From Escherichia phage vB_EcoM_ESCO32: a stretch of DNA of 64,000 nt. How positions within the stretch are numbered: the first letter of the stretch is position 1; every line of letters starts with the position of its first letter. The notes beneath the pieces were generated by a model that saw only the letters and a program-made list of their open reading frames with translations, was not told the origin of the DNA and made no database searches. A program made the translations under genes and the position numbers. The stretch is taken from the sequence record OM386658.1, one strand, 5' to 3'. Positions 32,692-42,124 of the stretch are shown here, one piece after another.

Positions 32692-33541
32692 TCAAATTCA
32701 ACATTTTGCTAATACTTTTACTAACCTGAAGGAAGCAAAATTTAACATTGCAGATTATTCCAAGCTAAAGTTTGGTAGTAACCAGGCAGCAAAAAGAATG
32801 GGGCGCATTCTGGCTGAAAGTTTCTTTTCCAAGTATGAAGAACGACTGGTAAATGAAAGTTTTGTTGTTATTCCATCTCCATATAACTATGTGAAAAATG
32901 CAGCTACAGTGTTATCTGAACATTTTGTAGATCACCTCAACTACCTAATCTCTATCAAAGGAGGTAAAGCAGTGGAGTGGGATATCGTTCATCGTAAAGT
33001 GAGCTATATCAATGATTATGGATTTCTTAGCAAAGAAGATCGTAAGGCTTTGATCGATGGTGACACTTTCTCTATCAATCGTGATTTCTGGGGTAATAAA
33101 ACTCTGATTTTCATTGATGATGTTAATATTACAGGAACGCACGAAGAAAAACTTATTGAAATTTTAGACAAAGAAGGTGTTGAAAACGATACGTTTTTCC
33201 TGTACTTTGCAAAGTATGAAGGTACAGAAGCCAATACCGAAGCTGCACTTAACTTCAACTATATCAATAACCTGGCAGCTTTTATTAAAATGATTAAACA
33301 AGAAACTGATGCTAAATGTTTGGTTCGTCCTATTAAGTATCTAATGAGTCAAAGCGAAGTTGATTTTAAAATTGCACTTTCACAGCTTCCTTTGTATTAT
33401 GTAGAACAACTGTTCTTTGGTTGCCTTGCAGAAGGCTACAATAACATTGAAAAATATAAAGAGAACTTTGATTTCCTACGTCAATTTTTTGAAAGCAACA
33501 TTATCAACAAATCTAATGTTAAAGGGGATTATTATGTCTAA
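32684..33541 (+). CDS. phosphoribosyltransferase-like protein
   Basis: ORF track 285 aa; PRPP-binding-type motif KTLIFIDDVNITGTHEEK. Confidence 0.65.
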   Translation: MRNQIQHFANTFTNLKEAKFNIADYSKLKFGSNQAAKRMGRILAESFFSKYEERLVNESFVVIPSPYNYVKNAATVLSEHFVDHLNYLISIKGGKAVEWDIVHRKVSYINDYGFLSKEDRKALIDGDTFSINRDFWGNKTLIFIDDVNITGTHEEKLIEILDKEGVENDTFFLYFAKYEGTEANTEAALNFNYINNLAAFIKMIKQETDAKCLVRPIKYLMSQSEVDFKIALSQLPLYYVEQLFFGCLAEGYNNIEKYKENFDFLRQFFESNIINKSNVKGDYYV

Positions 33542-34250
33542 TAAAGTAATGACTTTCGGAGATCCTATCACCAATATTACAGAAAAAGATTTTGGGCGTG
33601 TAGCAACAGATAAAGATGGTGTCTTAAGAATTCGTGTACAAGGTATTACAGCACAGGATGAATATGCTGTGTATGTTTCAGGTCTTAACTATATTGATGA
33701 TCGCATTACACAAAACTTTGCACTGATCGGTGGTGTAGAGAAAATGTATTGGGAAGATGAAATTGTAACAAGTTATCCGGCAGGTATCATTGAGGTATAC
33801 GGTGATCTTTTAGCAGCAGCCGAGAGAGGCGATATAGACGCTATAGCACACTGCTGTAACTGTTTTTGCACTATGGGTAGTGGTATTGCACCAAAAATTA
33901 AAAGCAAGTGGCCTGGTGCGTTTAAAGCAGATTGTGCCACTAAACGTGGTGATTATAAAAAATTAGGTACGTTTACCAAATATATAGAAAACAATTTGAC
34001 AATTTATAATTTATATGGACAATATGGTTATAGTCGTCGTGAGGAAGGTAAGCGTGACCTGAATTATGAAGCTATCTACAATGCGTTAGATAGTATGGGA
34101 GACGATGTTGTATCTTCAGGCGGTAAAATTGTAGGTTTACCAATGCTTGGTTGTGGTTTGGCTGGAGGTTCTTGGAGTATTGTAAAACTTATGATCGAAG
34201 AAACTCTAGTAAACAAAGGTTTAAATGTAATTGTTTACAAACTGAAATAA
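33534..34250 (+). CDS. macro-domain-like protein (ADP-ribose binding or hydrolase)
   Basis: ORF track frame 33417..34250; start at ATG with AAAGGGG RBS; DAIAHCCNCFCTMGSGIAPKI and IVGLPMLGCGLAGGSW resemble macro-domain glycine-rich motifs. Confidence 0.6.
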   Translation: MSNKVMTFGDPITNITEKDFGRVATDKDGVLRIRVQGITAQDEYAVYVSGLNYIDDRITQNFALIGGVEKMYWEDEIVTSYPAGIIEVYGDLLAAAERGDIDAIAHCCNCFCTMGSGIAPKIKSKWPGAFKADCATKRGDYKKLGTFTKYIENNLTIYNLYGQYGYSRREEGKRDLNYEAIYNALDSMGDDVVSSGGKIVGLPMLGCGLAGGSWSIVKLMIEETLVNKGLNVIVYKLK

Positions 34251-34259
34251 GGAGAAAGT

Positions 34260-34466
34260 ATGGCAGGTGTTTTAGCAGTATTAGGTTGTTTTATTGTTGT
34301 GTTTTTGATTGTGTTAATCCCTAGTTGGCTACTGCTTTTAGCATACAACTATATGATTGACATTATCGGCTTAGACTGGCATCATGTTCCTGTAACGTTT
34401 TGGAGTGTAGTCTGTGTGACGTTCATTCTTGCGGTACTTCGTGGTATCTTTCAATCTAACAAATAA
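34260..34466 (+). CDS. small membrane protein (68 aa)
   Basis: ORF track; two hydrophobic helices. Confidence 0.5.
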   Translation: MAGVLAVLGCFIVVFLIVLIPSWLLLLAYNYMIDIIGLDWHHVPVTFWSVVCVTFILAVLRGIFQSNK

Positions 34467-34480
34467 GAGAGGATTTTTAT

Positions 34481-34729
34481 ATGCGTAAAGTAAATGTTGA
34501 AGTGCTTGAAAAATTTAGAAACACTCGTGATTGTACTATCGGCAAGGTTTACGAGGCTATTCTCCTTGAAGATGGAGATCAAGTTCCTGCCCCGTATCAC
34601 GCCTTTAATGGTCAAATCAGCAAAGTGGAAGGTGGTCTTGCTATTTGCTTTATTGATGACGTAGGTGATGCTGTAGCTTTCCCTGTCATTAACAAAGAAG
34701 ATAAACTTAAAATTACAGAACTGAACTAG
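34481..34729 (+). CDS. hypothetical protein (82 aa)
   Basis: ORF track; AGAGAGGA RBS. Confidence 0.55.
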   Translation: MRKVNVEVLEKFRNTRDCTIGKVYEAILLEDGDQVPAPYHAFNGQISKVEGGLAICFIDDVGDAVAFPVINKEDKLKITELN

Positions 34730-34788
34730 TTGACTTTCTTTAAAAACAGTTTATAGTATAAGACATAGAGCGGAGGATTGTCCTCCGC
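34730..34788 (+). promoter_or_regulatory. promoter plus leader stem-loop cassette (plus-strand copy) upstream of terC
   Basis: TTGACT-16 bp-TATAGT then CATAGAGCGGAGGAttgTCCTCCGC; same architecture as the minus-strand early cassettes. Confidence 0.55.
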
Positions 34789-34806
34789 ATTAAAGAGGAG
34801 AAAAGA

Positions 34807-35784
34807 ATGCAACTGGGTTTCCCAATTATTGATGTGGTTGTTTTAGTGGGTATTTTAGTCTTGTCGATTTGTATTGACTTCTTTGGACACAGAGAAAACA
34901 AAGAAATTTCATTTAAATCTGCAATTGGCTGGTCAATTTTCTGGATTGGGGTATCATTAGCCTACTATGGTTTTGTATACTTCCAACACGGTGCTGATTT
35001 TGCGAGCTTGTTCTTGAGTGGGTATGTGTTGGAGAAATCTCTTTCTGTAGATAACTTAGTAGTATTTGTAGCAGTATTCGCAAGTTTTGGTATTAAAAGC
35101 ACACACTTGCAGCACAAGATTCTACTTTGGGGTATTGCAGGTGCGATTGTCTTCCGAGGTGTGTTTGTAGCAGTAGGTACTTACTTGTTGAGTTTGGGCT
35201 GGTATGTTAATATCTTCTTCGGTGCTGTCATCCTTTTCTGTGCGGCTAAAATGGTATTCGCTGGAGATAATGATGCAGAAGTTGATTACTCTAAACACTG
35301 GGCTACTCGCATTGTTCGTAAGCTGTTCCCTGTATCTGATCAGATGGATGGTGAGAAGTTCTTCACAATCAAAAATGGTGTTCGTGTAGCAACTCCGGCT
35401 CTGGTTTGTGTGTTTGTAATGGAAATGGTTGACGTAATCTTTGCAGTAGACTCTGTTCCAGCAGTAATTGCAGTGACACAAGAACCTCTGCTGGTGTTCT
35501 CTTCGATGCTCTGTGCAATCTTAGGTTTACGTGCTCTGTTCTTTGTTCTTAGTGTTGCACTGAAGTATTTGGTTCATCTGGAGAAAGCAGTTATCGTAGT
35601 CCTGGTGTTTGTGGGTGTAAAACTGATGTATCACCCGTTTGCAGAAACTCTGCACGCAAAAGTGAGTTTCCTGCCAGCACACATTGACCCGACGATCAGT
35701 ATGTATATTGTGTTAGGTACTCTTGGGCTGGGTGTTCTTGCAAGTTTAATCTTCCCTGAAAAAGAAGACCAGGCTGTTGCTTAA
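34807..35784 (+). CDS. terC: TerC-family integral membrane protein
   Basis: ORF track 325 aa; multiple TM helices; TerC-type motifs LEKSLSVDNLVVFVAVF and VDVIFAVDSVPAVIAV. Confidence 0.85.
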   Translation: MQLGFPIIDVVVLVGILVLSICIDFFGHRENKEISFKSAIGWSIFWIGVSLAYYGFVYFQHGADFASLFLSGYVLEKSLSVDNLVVFVAVFASFGIKSTHLQHKILLWGIAGAIVFRGVFVAVGTYLLSLGWYVNIFFGAVILFCAAKMVFAGDNDAEVDYSKHWATRIVRKLFPVSDQMDGEKFFTIKNGVRVATPALVCVFVMEMVDVIFAVDSVPAVIAVTQEPLLVFSSMLCAILGLRALFFVLSVALKYLVHLEKAVIVVLVFVGVKLMYHPFAETLHAKVSFLPAHIDPTISMYIVLGTLGLGVLASLIFPEKEDQAVA

Positions 35785-35790
35785 TTCATT

Positions 35791-35813
35791 AAGCCCCTTC
35801 GGGGGCTTTATTG
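35791..35813 (+). terminator. rho-independent terminator
   Basis: AAGCCCCttcgGGGGCTT followed by TATTG. Confidence 0.55.
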
Positions 35814-35823
35814 AGGTGATCTG

Positions 35824-36030
35824 ATGGTGGTTTTACGTGTTCTTTGGATTCTGTTTGAAAATATTTGTTTTGCTCTAGGGTTGTTTTGTTTGATTTTTAT
35901 CTTGACAACATATATTGATAACCATACAATTACTATCAACAGGAACGGAGAACAGATGTATTGTTTCTCTAGGGATTTTAAAAATTGTGTTGAGATTTTA
36001 AATGAGAGGGTTACAAATGAAAAACATTAA
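35824..36030 (+). CDS. possible small membrane protein (68 aa)
   Basis: ORF track; GAGGTG RBS; hydrophobic N-terminus. Confidence 0.35.
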   Translation: MVVLRVLWILFENICFALGLFCLIFILTTYIDNHTITINRNGEQMYCFSRDFKNCVEILNERVTNEKH

Positions 36031-36607
36031 ATCTTTTATTGTTGCAGTTGTTTTAGGTAGTGCATTGCTGGTAGGTTGTGATGATTCTGAAAATGTACAA
36101 AATCAACGTTACCAACAAACACCAAATCAGATGGTAGATGAACAATATGTAAATCAGCCTGCACCTCAAGTTGTTCAAGCAGCACCTGCACAACCTTCAA
36201 CAGTTGTTGTGCAAGGAGGCGGCAGTGGTTCTTCTGGCGTAGGTGAGTTTGCTACAGGTATGCTTCTTGGTCATATGTTGAGTGGTAATAGTGGCGGTGG
36301 TGGTTATAGAGATGGCGGTAGCAATACAACAATTATCAATAACAACGCTGCTCCTACAACTAATAGTAAAGCATATACAACACAAAAGCATAGGTTTTAT
36401 GATAAACAAGGGAATACATATACAACCACTAAACAAAACACAATTAAGCAGCAAAGTGTACAAACGTATTCACGCCCATCAACAACAAAAGTGAATAGTG
36501 ATTACTCTGCTCGTAAGTCTTACTCAAGTCCTATTAGCTCTTATAGTAAGTCTTCGAAAAGTTATTCTTCGTCGAAACGTAGTTTTAGTAGCTCACGTCG
36601 TCGTTAA
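36017..36607 (+). CDS. lipoprotein with Ser/Tyr/Lys-rich low-complexity tail
   Basis: ORF track frame 36002..36607; start at MKNIKSFIVAVVLGSALLVGC (lipobox LVGC); C-terminal SYSKSSKSYSSSKRSFSSSRRR. Confidence 0.6.
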   Translation: MKNIKSFIVAVVLGSALLVGCDDSENVQNQRYQQTPNQMVDEQYVNQPAPQVVQAAPAQPSTVVVQGGGSGSSGVGEFATGMLLGHMLSGNSGGGGYRDGGSNTTIINNNAAPTTNSKAYTTQKHRFYDKQGNTYTTTKQNTIKQQSVQTYSRPSTTKVNSDYSARKSYSSPISSYSKSSKSYSSSKRSFSSSRRR

Positions 36608-36642
36608 TAATTTAATACAGATTAAATAAGAAGGAGAAACAG

Positions 36643-37494
36643 ATGAAACTAGAAGTTGGTAAAGTGTATCGCCTGGAAGGTTGGATCTTTAATCAAGAAA
36701 TTCTTGAGAAGAATAAAGATGGTTTTGAGTTTGTTGGTACTACCAAGGAAAGTATGCACAATGACGAATACTGTAAATTCGTTGGTAAAAATACAGGTCA
36801 AGAACAATTTTGCTTTAAGAGCGCAATCGGTGATTATGCTTCTGTAATGCCAACACCAGAAAAGACTTCGAAGCAATATACTGTCTTTGGTGTAAAACTT
36901 GAAGAACTTGTAGAACACCCACGTTTTGAAGAGTTCAAGGTTGCTGCAATGCGCAAGCATTCTGAAATTAAAATACATAATTTGTTTGATTTAGAAGATC
37001 GGTTTGATATCTTTATGTATGATCGCAGGGAAAAGCATTTTGATGCAACGACTTCAAAATTTGCTGCAACAGAGGATATTAAAATCCTTGATGTTGATAC
37101 CTTTCTTGAGAGTGTATCGTTTGTATTCATTCCTAAATACAAAAAACGTAGTGATCATAAACGTGTGAAAGGAACTCCTCGTAAAAAACGTACTGTAAAC
37201 AAAGCAACTTTGCACTTCACTTCTGGTGATAAATATACTCTCAAAGGGTTTGAAAGTGTTTTGTATGATGCTGGAACGGGTAATATCAAGTTTATCATTA
37301 AGGCAACCTACAAAGGTACGGTATTGCACGAAGAGGCTGTTACACTACCTGTATTCGATATCTCTCGTGTTGAGGTACGGGGTGTTAAAGAGTCCTTCGA
37401 TCTGGATTTCTTAACCGCTAATGATACTGGTTATGTTAATCTGGAAGCAGATGGAGCATTTATTACTACAAATTATTTAGATATGTTTGTTTAA
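36643..37494 (+). CDS. hypothetical protein (283 aa)
   Basis: ORF track; AAGGAGAAA RBS. Confidence 0.65.
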   Translation: MKLEVGKVYRLEGWIFNQEILEKNKDGFEFVGTTKESMHNDEYCKFVGKNTGQEQFCFKSAIGDYASVMPTPEKTSKQYTVFGVKLEELVEHPRFEEFKVAAMRKHSEIKIHNLFDLEDRFDIFMYDRREKHFDATTSKFAATEDIKILDVDTFLESVSFVFIPKYKKRSDHKRVKGTPRKKRTVNKATLHFTSGDKYTLKGFESVLYDAGTGNIKFIIKATYKGTVLHEEAVTLPVFDISRVEVRGVKESFDLDFLTANDTGYVNLEADGAFITTNYLDMFV

Positions 37495-37562
37495 TACTTA
37501 ACTTGTGTTATGATGGTGGTACAGAGGTATCACCATTTACTAAAGAATATGGAGGAAAATGA

Positions 37563-38666
37563 ATGTCCAGTCCTTTTATCAGTGCCGTAAAAAGCAAACC
37601 GTCTGAAATGAGTGTATTCACGGCAACAACAGAAAAAAGTAAGTCTTTGTTTGCTCCAAGTGCTATGGATGCAAGCCCTGTATATGCCCCTGCTGTTGCA
37701 CGACCTGTACAAATGCTGCCTCCAATGTCTCGTGAAGAGATTGAACAAGTTGGTGCTGATGCAGGACTTACTCTTCGTAACCTTAATGCTGAAGTGCTTA
37801 AACACCAACGTTCATCTCAGGGGGATGAAATGAGTGAACGTTTAACTGCACTTATTAAGCAAGCAAAGCAACTTGATCCTAACTCTATTAAACAATCTAA
37901 AGGCTTAGGTAAACTAGTTAAGAAAGTATTAGGTATGAAAGAAGATTTGTTTGGTGAATTTGACACCATCAATAATCGTATTGAAGGTTTGGTAAAGACA
38001 CTACAAACAGATTTGAAAAAAGAAGAAGATTCTTTACGATATCTGCAACGTTTAGAAGAGGCTATTGCAAAATATGCTCTTAGCTTAAACAGGGATATAG
38101 AGCTTCTAACAGCTACTTATGAAAAAGAAGAAGTTCGCCTTAATACACTACCTGAAAATGAAGTAGAAGAACGTCAACGTACTCGTGATACTATGGATCT
38201 GCTTGAAATTCGTATTGCAGACCTGAAAGCCTTGCGTTTACTGTGTGTTCAGATGGGGCCACGTGTACAAAGTATGCAGAAAGTATCTGCAAGTTTGATG
38301 CGATCAGCCCGTAATATTGTGAATAATGTTATTCCTGCTTACTCTGCAAACTTTTCTATGTATATTGAAAGTCTACGCCAGAAGAAAGCAGCAGATACAC
38401 AGAACAATGTACTGAATGAGTTTAATGCTGCTATTGCAATGGGTAGTGATCTGGCTGCACAAAACCAAATTGAAGCTACACAACTTGCTAATCGTCAAGT
38501 ATTGGATATTGAGACATTACGTCGCGATCAAGAAAACTTAGTTAAAATGTTGGAAGAAACTAATCGGATCAACACTGAAGCCCGTGCTGCTCGTATTGAT
38601 TACATTCAGGAAGTGCAATCTCTTGAAGATGGTATGATTCAAACTGTTAAACGTGGTCTACTTTAA
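37563..38666 (+). CDS. telA: TelA-like (toxic anion resistance family) protein, tentative
   Basis: ORF track 367 aa; long alpha-helical protein of TelA size in a TerC/TerD neighbourhood; assignment rests mainly on context. Confidence 0.5.
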   Translation: MSSPFISAVKSKPSEMSVFTATTEKSKSLFAPSAMDASPVYAPAVARPVQMLPPMSREEIEQVGADAGLTLRNLNAEVLKHQRSSQGDEMSERLTALIKQAKQLDPNSIKQSKGLGKLVKKVLGMKEDLFGEFDTINNRIEGLVKTLQTDLKKEEDSLRYLQRLEEAIAKYALSLNRDIELLTATYEKEEVRLNTLPENEVEERQRTRDTMDLLEIRIADLKALRLLCVQMGPRVQSMQKVSASLMRSARNIVNNVIPAYSANFSMYIESLRQKKAADTQNNVLNEFNAAIAMGSDLAAQNQIEATQLANRQVLDIETLRRDQENLVKMLEETNRINTEARAARIDYIQEVQSLEDGMIQTVKRGLL

Positions 38667-38679
38667 GGAGAAATATATT

Positions 38680-38886
38680 ATGAATATTAAAATTTACAAA
38701 CTGTCTGGTTCTATGATCGCTGTCCAGTACGACAATGAAGATCGTTATGTTCTCCTCCAGGATGCTTGGTTAGATGATCCTAATGTATTTACTGTCCTGC
38801 GAGAACTACGTTCTGTCTATACCTATTCTTCTAAAGATGGTTTTGATAGTTCAACGATGGAATTGGTAAAAGAGGAGAATGTGTAA
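38680..38886 (+). CDS. hypothetical protein (68 aa)
   Basis: ORF track frame 38653..38886; start at ATG with AAGGAGAAA RBS. Confidence 0.5.
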   Translation: MNIKIYKLSGSMIAVQYDNEDRYVLLQDAWLDDPNVFTVLRELRSVYTYSSKDGFDSSTMELVKEENV

Positions 38887-39086
38887 TGAATAAAGATATT
38901 CACTTAACTCGTGAAGAATTACAAACCATTATGGAAGATGCTTTCATTGATGGTTGGAAACAAGGTCAAGAGTCAGATTGGTATGATGCCGAAGACTTTT
39001 TGTATTATCATATGACTGCACCTGTAGACGAGCAAACACACTCTGAAACAACTTTGGCTATAATTGATCTTAAGGCTGGTGTATAA
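38886..39086 (+). CDS. hypothetical protein (66 aa)
   Basis: ORF track; TAATG coupling; contains LTREELQTIMEDAFIDGWKQG motif shared with next gene. Confidence 0.5.
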   Translation: MNKDIHLTREELQTIMEDAFIDGWKQGQESDWYDAEDFLYYHMTAPVDEQTHSETTLAIIDLKAGV

Positions 39087-39649
39087 TGGGATGTTTTAGT
39101 TTCTTGTGCAAAGAATCTGGTAATGCTGCTCTTTCTACCTCTTTCGATGGCTCTCCTTGCTACCTATTTCTTTTGAAAGGTGGTAAAGTTGTTGAAGAGA
39201 TGTATGGCAATTATGATAGCTATGGTAGTGTTTTCTCTAACGAAGAAGATAAACATGGCAATCGTAAAAGATTCAAGTGGTCTATGTCTTGGGAAGAAGT
39301 TTGTAATTTGATGTTCTCTTCCGATCTTGGAGATGGGATTGCTCTGGTATTAGAAGAGCACTTTACAGGCGAGATCCCAACAGAAAGATCTGAAGAAGAT
39401 CCTAACCAGGGTTGGGGTGATGGGGAAGAAGATCCAGATTGCTTCTTCAGCACTGAAAATAATAAATTTAAATGTGTTGACAATCCTTACCACAAAGTGC
39501 ATAATACTTGCATTGAGACAGAAGAAGACTCAAAGCTAGAAATTGAAGATGATTTAGTTGTAACTATCTCTTTAAACGAGTTGCAAAAAATCACTAGAGA
39601 GGCTTTCTATTTAGGTTGGAAAGTAGGTAAAGGAGGAGATAGTGCTTAA
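39086..39649 (+). CDS. hypothetical acidic protein (187 aa)
   Basis: ORF track; C-terminal LNELQKITREAFYLGWKVG repeats the motif of the preceding gene. Confidence 0.55.
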   Translation: MGCFSFLCKESGNAALSTSFDGSPCYLFLLKGGKVVEEMYGNYDSYGSVFSNEEDKHGNRKRFKWSMSWEEVCNLMFSSDLGDGIALVLEEHFTGEIPTERSEEDPNQGWGDGEEDPDCFFSTENNKFKCVDNPYHKVHNTCIETEEDSKLEIEDDLVVTISLNELQKITREAFYLGWKVGKGGDSA

Positions 39650-39911
39650 ATTTAATATCAAAGACGACAAATCAGATGAACCTAAATGTTTTGGAGAACT
39701 TGACGTAGGTGATACATTTGTATATTATGTTGCCTATCAAGATTCTGGTTTAGATACATTCAGAAATTTAGTGTTTATTAAGGTTAATACAAACCAAGCA
39801 ATGTGTCTGAACGGTTCGCAAAGAGGTCAACTTAGCTGTATTTCGTATGATACAGAAATGGTAGAAGTGGATTTAGAAGTTACTAACATTACACTCAGAA
39901 AGGAGAAATAA
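39642..39911 (+). CDS. hypothetical protein (89 aa)
   Basis: ORF track; GTG start with AAAGGAGGAG RBS. Confidence 0.45.
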   Translation: MLKFNIKDDKSDEPKCFGELDVGDTFVYYVAYQDSGLDTFRNLVFIKVNTNQAMCLNGSQRGQLSCISYDTEMVEVDLEVTNITLRKEK

Positions 39912-39912
39912 T

Positions 39913-40707
39913 ATGTCCAATAAAATCAGTCTTAAAAAACGTCAAGAAACTCTTACCGTATCTCTGCGTAAGAAAAAGATTAACGATGTTGTTCTTCGTG
40001 TCGGTAGTGCCTTAGATATTTCGGGTAGTATGTGTGAGCTGTATCGTGATGGCACTGTCAGTGATTTTGTAGGTAAGCTACTGCCGTTTGGTATGAAGTT
40101 TGATGATAATGCACAGATTGACATGTGGGCTTTCAATAGTTCTTCTTTTGAACTGCCTCCTGCAACGGCTGATGTATATGATGATTATGTCGGCTCTTGT
40201 ATGTCTAATGTTTGCATCAATGGTGGTACAGCTTATGCTCCAGTAATGCAAGAGATCTATGATACATACTTCGGTAGTGTACCTATGAAAAATATTACAC
40301 GCGAAGTCGTTGAGTATGAAGAAGTTCCGGCTAAGGGTTTCCTTGCTAAACTAACTGGTAAAAAAGAACGTGTAGAAGTTACACGTACTGTTGTAGAACA
40401 GGTTGTAGATACTGATGCACAAGTTGATCGTACTCCTGCAATGATTTTCTTCCAAACTGACGGGGAGAACATGGATACTTCAGCAGTACGTAGTTTGCTG
40501 AACAAACACCGCAACACTCCTGTTTACTGGTTTATGGTTGGTGTAGGTAATGCAAACTTTAAATTCCTGAAAGACTTGGCAAAAGAATACGATAACGTTG
40601 ATTTTATCGGTATTGCAGATTTGTCCTTGTCTGACGAAGAACTTTACGATAAACTGCTATCCGAAGAGTTTGGCGAGTGGGTTAAAAAATTTGGAGCAAA
40701 AGCGTAA
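39913..40707 (+). CDS. von Willebrand factor A domain protein (TerY-like)
   Basis: ORF track 264 aa; MIDAS-type DISGSM ... TDGEN; N-terminal ISLKKRQETLTVSL resembles the TerD N-terminus. Confidence 0.65.
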   Translation: MSNKISLKKRQETLTVSLRKKKINDVVLRVGSALDISGSMCELYRDGTVSDFVGKLLPFGMKFDDNAQIDMWAFNSSSFELPPATADVYDDYVGSCMSNVCINGGTAYAPVMQEIYDTYFGSVPMKNITREVVEYEEVPAKGFLAKLTGKKERVEVTRTVVEQVVDTDAQVDRTPAMIFFQTDGENMDTSAVRSLLNKHRNTPVYWFMVGVGNANFKFLKDLAKEYDNVDFIGIADLSLSDEELYDKLLSEEFGEWVKKFGAKA

Positions 40708-40714
40708 AAAACGC

Positions 40715-40742
40715 TTGACTTTGTAGAAAAGATTAGTAAAAT
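40715..40742 (+). promoter_or_regulatory. sigma70-type promoter upstream of terD
   Basis: TTGACT-16 bp-TAAAAT. Confidence 0.45.
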
Positions 40743-40779
40743 AGACAACGTAAATTAACAACAAAGGAGATAATAAATT

Positions 40780-41376
40780 ATGACTCAGAAAATTTCCCTG
40801 AAAAAAGGTTCTAGCGAAAAAGTTTCTCTGAAAAAGATTGCACCAGCACTGAAACGCATTCGTCTGGAATTCTCTTGGAAATCTAACGAAAAACTGGATC
40901 TGGATGTTAGTGCTCTGATTTGCCGACACAATGCATCTGGTCTGCCGGAACTGTTGTCTCCTCGCCACCTGGTATGCTACGCACAGAAATTTGATCCTGA
41001 ACGTTCTACTTTTGCAGGTGAAGATGTTCGTGACGGTGTAGGACAAATGGAGCAGATTGATGTTACACTGGATAATATCTCTGCTGAAGCACAGGAAATT
41101 GCATTCGTAATCACTATTGATGACGAAACGGGTAAGAAACGCCTTGGTCACGCTACCGAAGGTTTCCTTAAAATCTTCGATGATGAACGTAACGTTGAAC
41201 TGCTGGATTTTGACTTCTTGGCTCCAGAACTTGCAGGTAATACCATTTGCCACGTTGCCTCCCTGGTGCGGGAAGATAGCGAATGGAAACTGAAAGCATA
41301 TGGTGTAGGTAAAGCTGGACTTGACATTTATGATGTAGTTAAAGCGTTTGGCGCTGGCGACGATTGGTTCGAGTAA
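40780..41376 (+). CDS. terD: TerD-family tellurium-resistance/stress protein
   Basis: ORF track 198 aa; ISLKKGSSEKVSLKK ... KLDLDVSALIC ... FVITIDDE ... EDSEWKLKAYGVG aligns by eye with E. coli TerD. Confidence 0.85.
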   Translation: MTQKISLKKGSSEKVSLKKIAPALKRIRLEFSWKSNEKLDLDVSALICRHNASGLPELLSPRHLVCYAQKFDPERSTFAGEDVRDGVGQMEQIDVTLDNISAEAQEIAFVITIDDETGKKRLGHATEGFLKIFDDERNVELLDFDFLAPELAGNTICHVASLVREDSEWKLKAYGVGKAGLDIYDVVKAFGAGDDWFE

Positions 41377-41384
41377 TAAATCAT

Positions 41385-41408
41385 AGCGCCCTTCTGGGCG
41401 CATATTTT
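41385..41408 (+). terminator. rho-independent terminator
   Basis: AGCGCCCttctGGGCGC followed by ATATTTT. Confidence 0.55.
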
Positions 41409-41428
41409 AAATAGAAGAGGAGAAAACA

Positions 41429-42031
41429 ATGGGTATTACTTTAGAAGGTCAAAAACTTATTCGCAGCGGTAATTTTCTTGTGGATATTGACAACAATGAA
41501 GATTATGCTTTAGAAGTTAGTGATGTACTGTTTAATGCTTTGCAGTCTGGTTTCAATTTTGAAGTTTATGAAGTAATCCGTGGAACTAAACTCAGAGAAA
41601 CCCTTGGATCAACTAGTGATGTTTATTCTGCGATCTGGCAATATTTCGGGTTAATGGATGGTAAGACATACCTTACTGATAGTTATTCTGAAGATGTTGT
41701 TTATCTTGATATGGAAGAGTTTCGTCGTCTGTTCAAAAGTGAAGAAAATGAAGAAGAGGGTGAACTTTTTGAAGGAATTACTCTCGAAGGTAATGTTGAA
41801 ATTGTGTATAAAGCAGGAAAAACATTCCACTTGCGTGAAAACGGTAAAGCAAAAGTTGATTTTGTAAACAAGACAGTAACAACTGAACATAATTATCTTA
41901 AAGATGGTCAACCAGCTTTTGAACGTGTAACAATTAAATTTAAAGTATTGTCTGCACTAGTTACGGATCAAGAACGTATTGATTTTGTAGAAGATGGTGT
42001 AGTAACTCATACAAAGGTTTACAACATCTAA
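41429..42031 (+). CDS. hypothetical protein (200 aa)
   Basis: ORF track; AGAGGAGAAAA RBS; followed by GC hairpin AGAGGGGGgataaTCCCCCTC. Confidence 0.65.
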   Translation: MGITLEGQKLIRSGNFLVDIDNNEDYALEVSDVLFNALQSGFNFEVYEVIRGTKLRETLGSTSDVYSAIWQYFGLMDGKTYLTDSYSEDVVYLDMEEFRRLFKSEENEEEGELFEGITLEGNVEIVYKAGKTFHLRENGKAKVDFVNKTVTTEHNYLKDGQPAFERVTIKFKVLSALVTDQERIDFVEDGVVTHTKVYNI

Positions 42032-42124
42032 CAGGGTGTAAGAGGGGGGATAATCCCCCTCCACTTGCAAAACAGCCTCTTCTGTGTTACAATAAAAGTT
42101 CGTTTAACAAAATAGGAGGCAAGT

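Noticed and set aside
42041-42062. GC hairpin AGAGGGGGgataaTCCCCCTC as an intrinsic terminator
   Set aside because: Not followed by a U-tract; kept only as a note in the evidence for CDS 41429..42031
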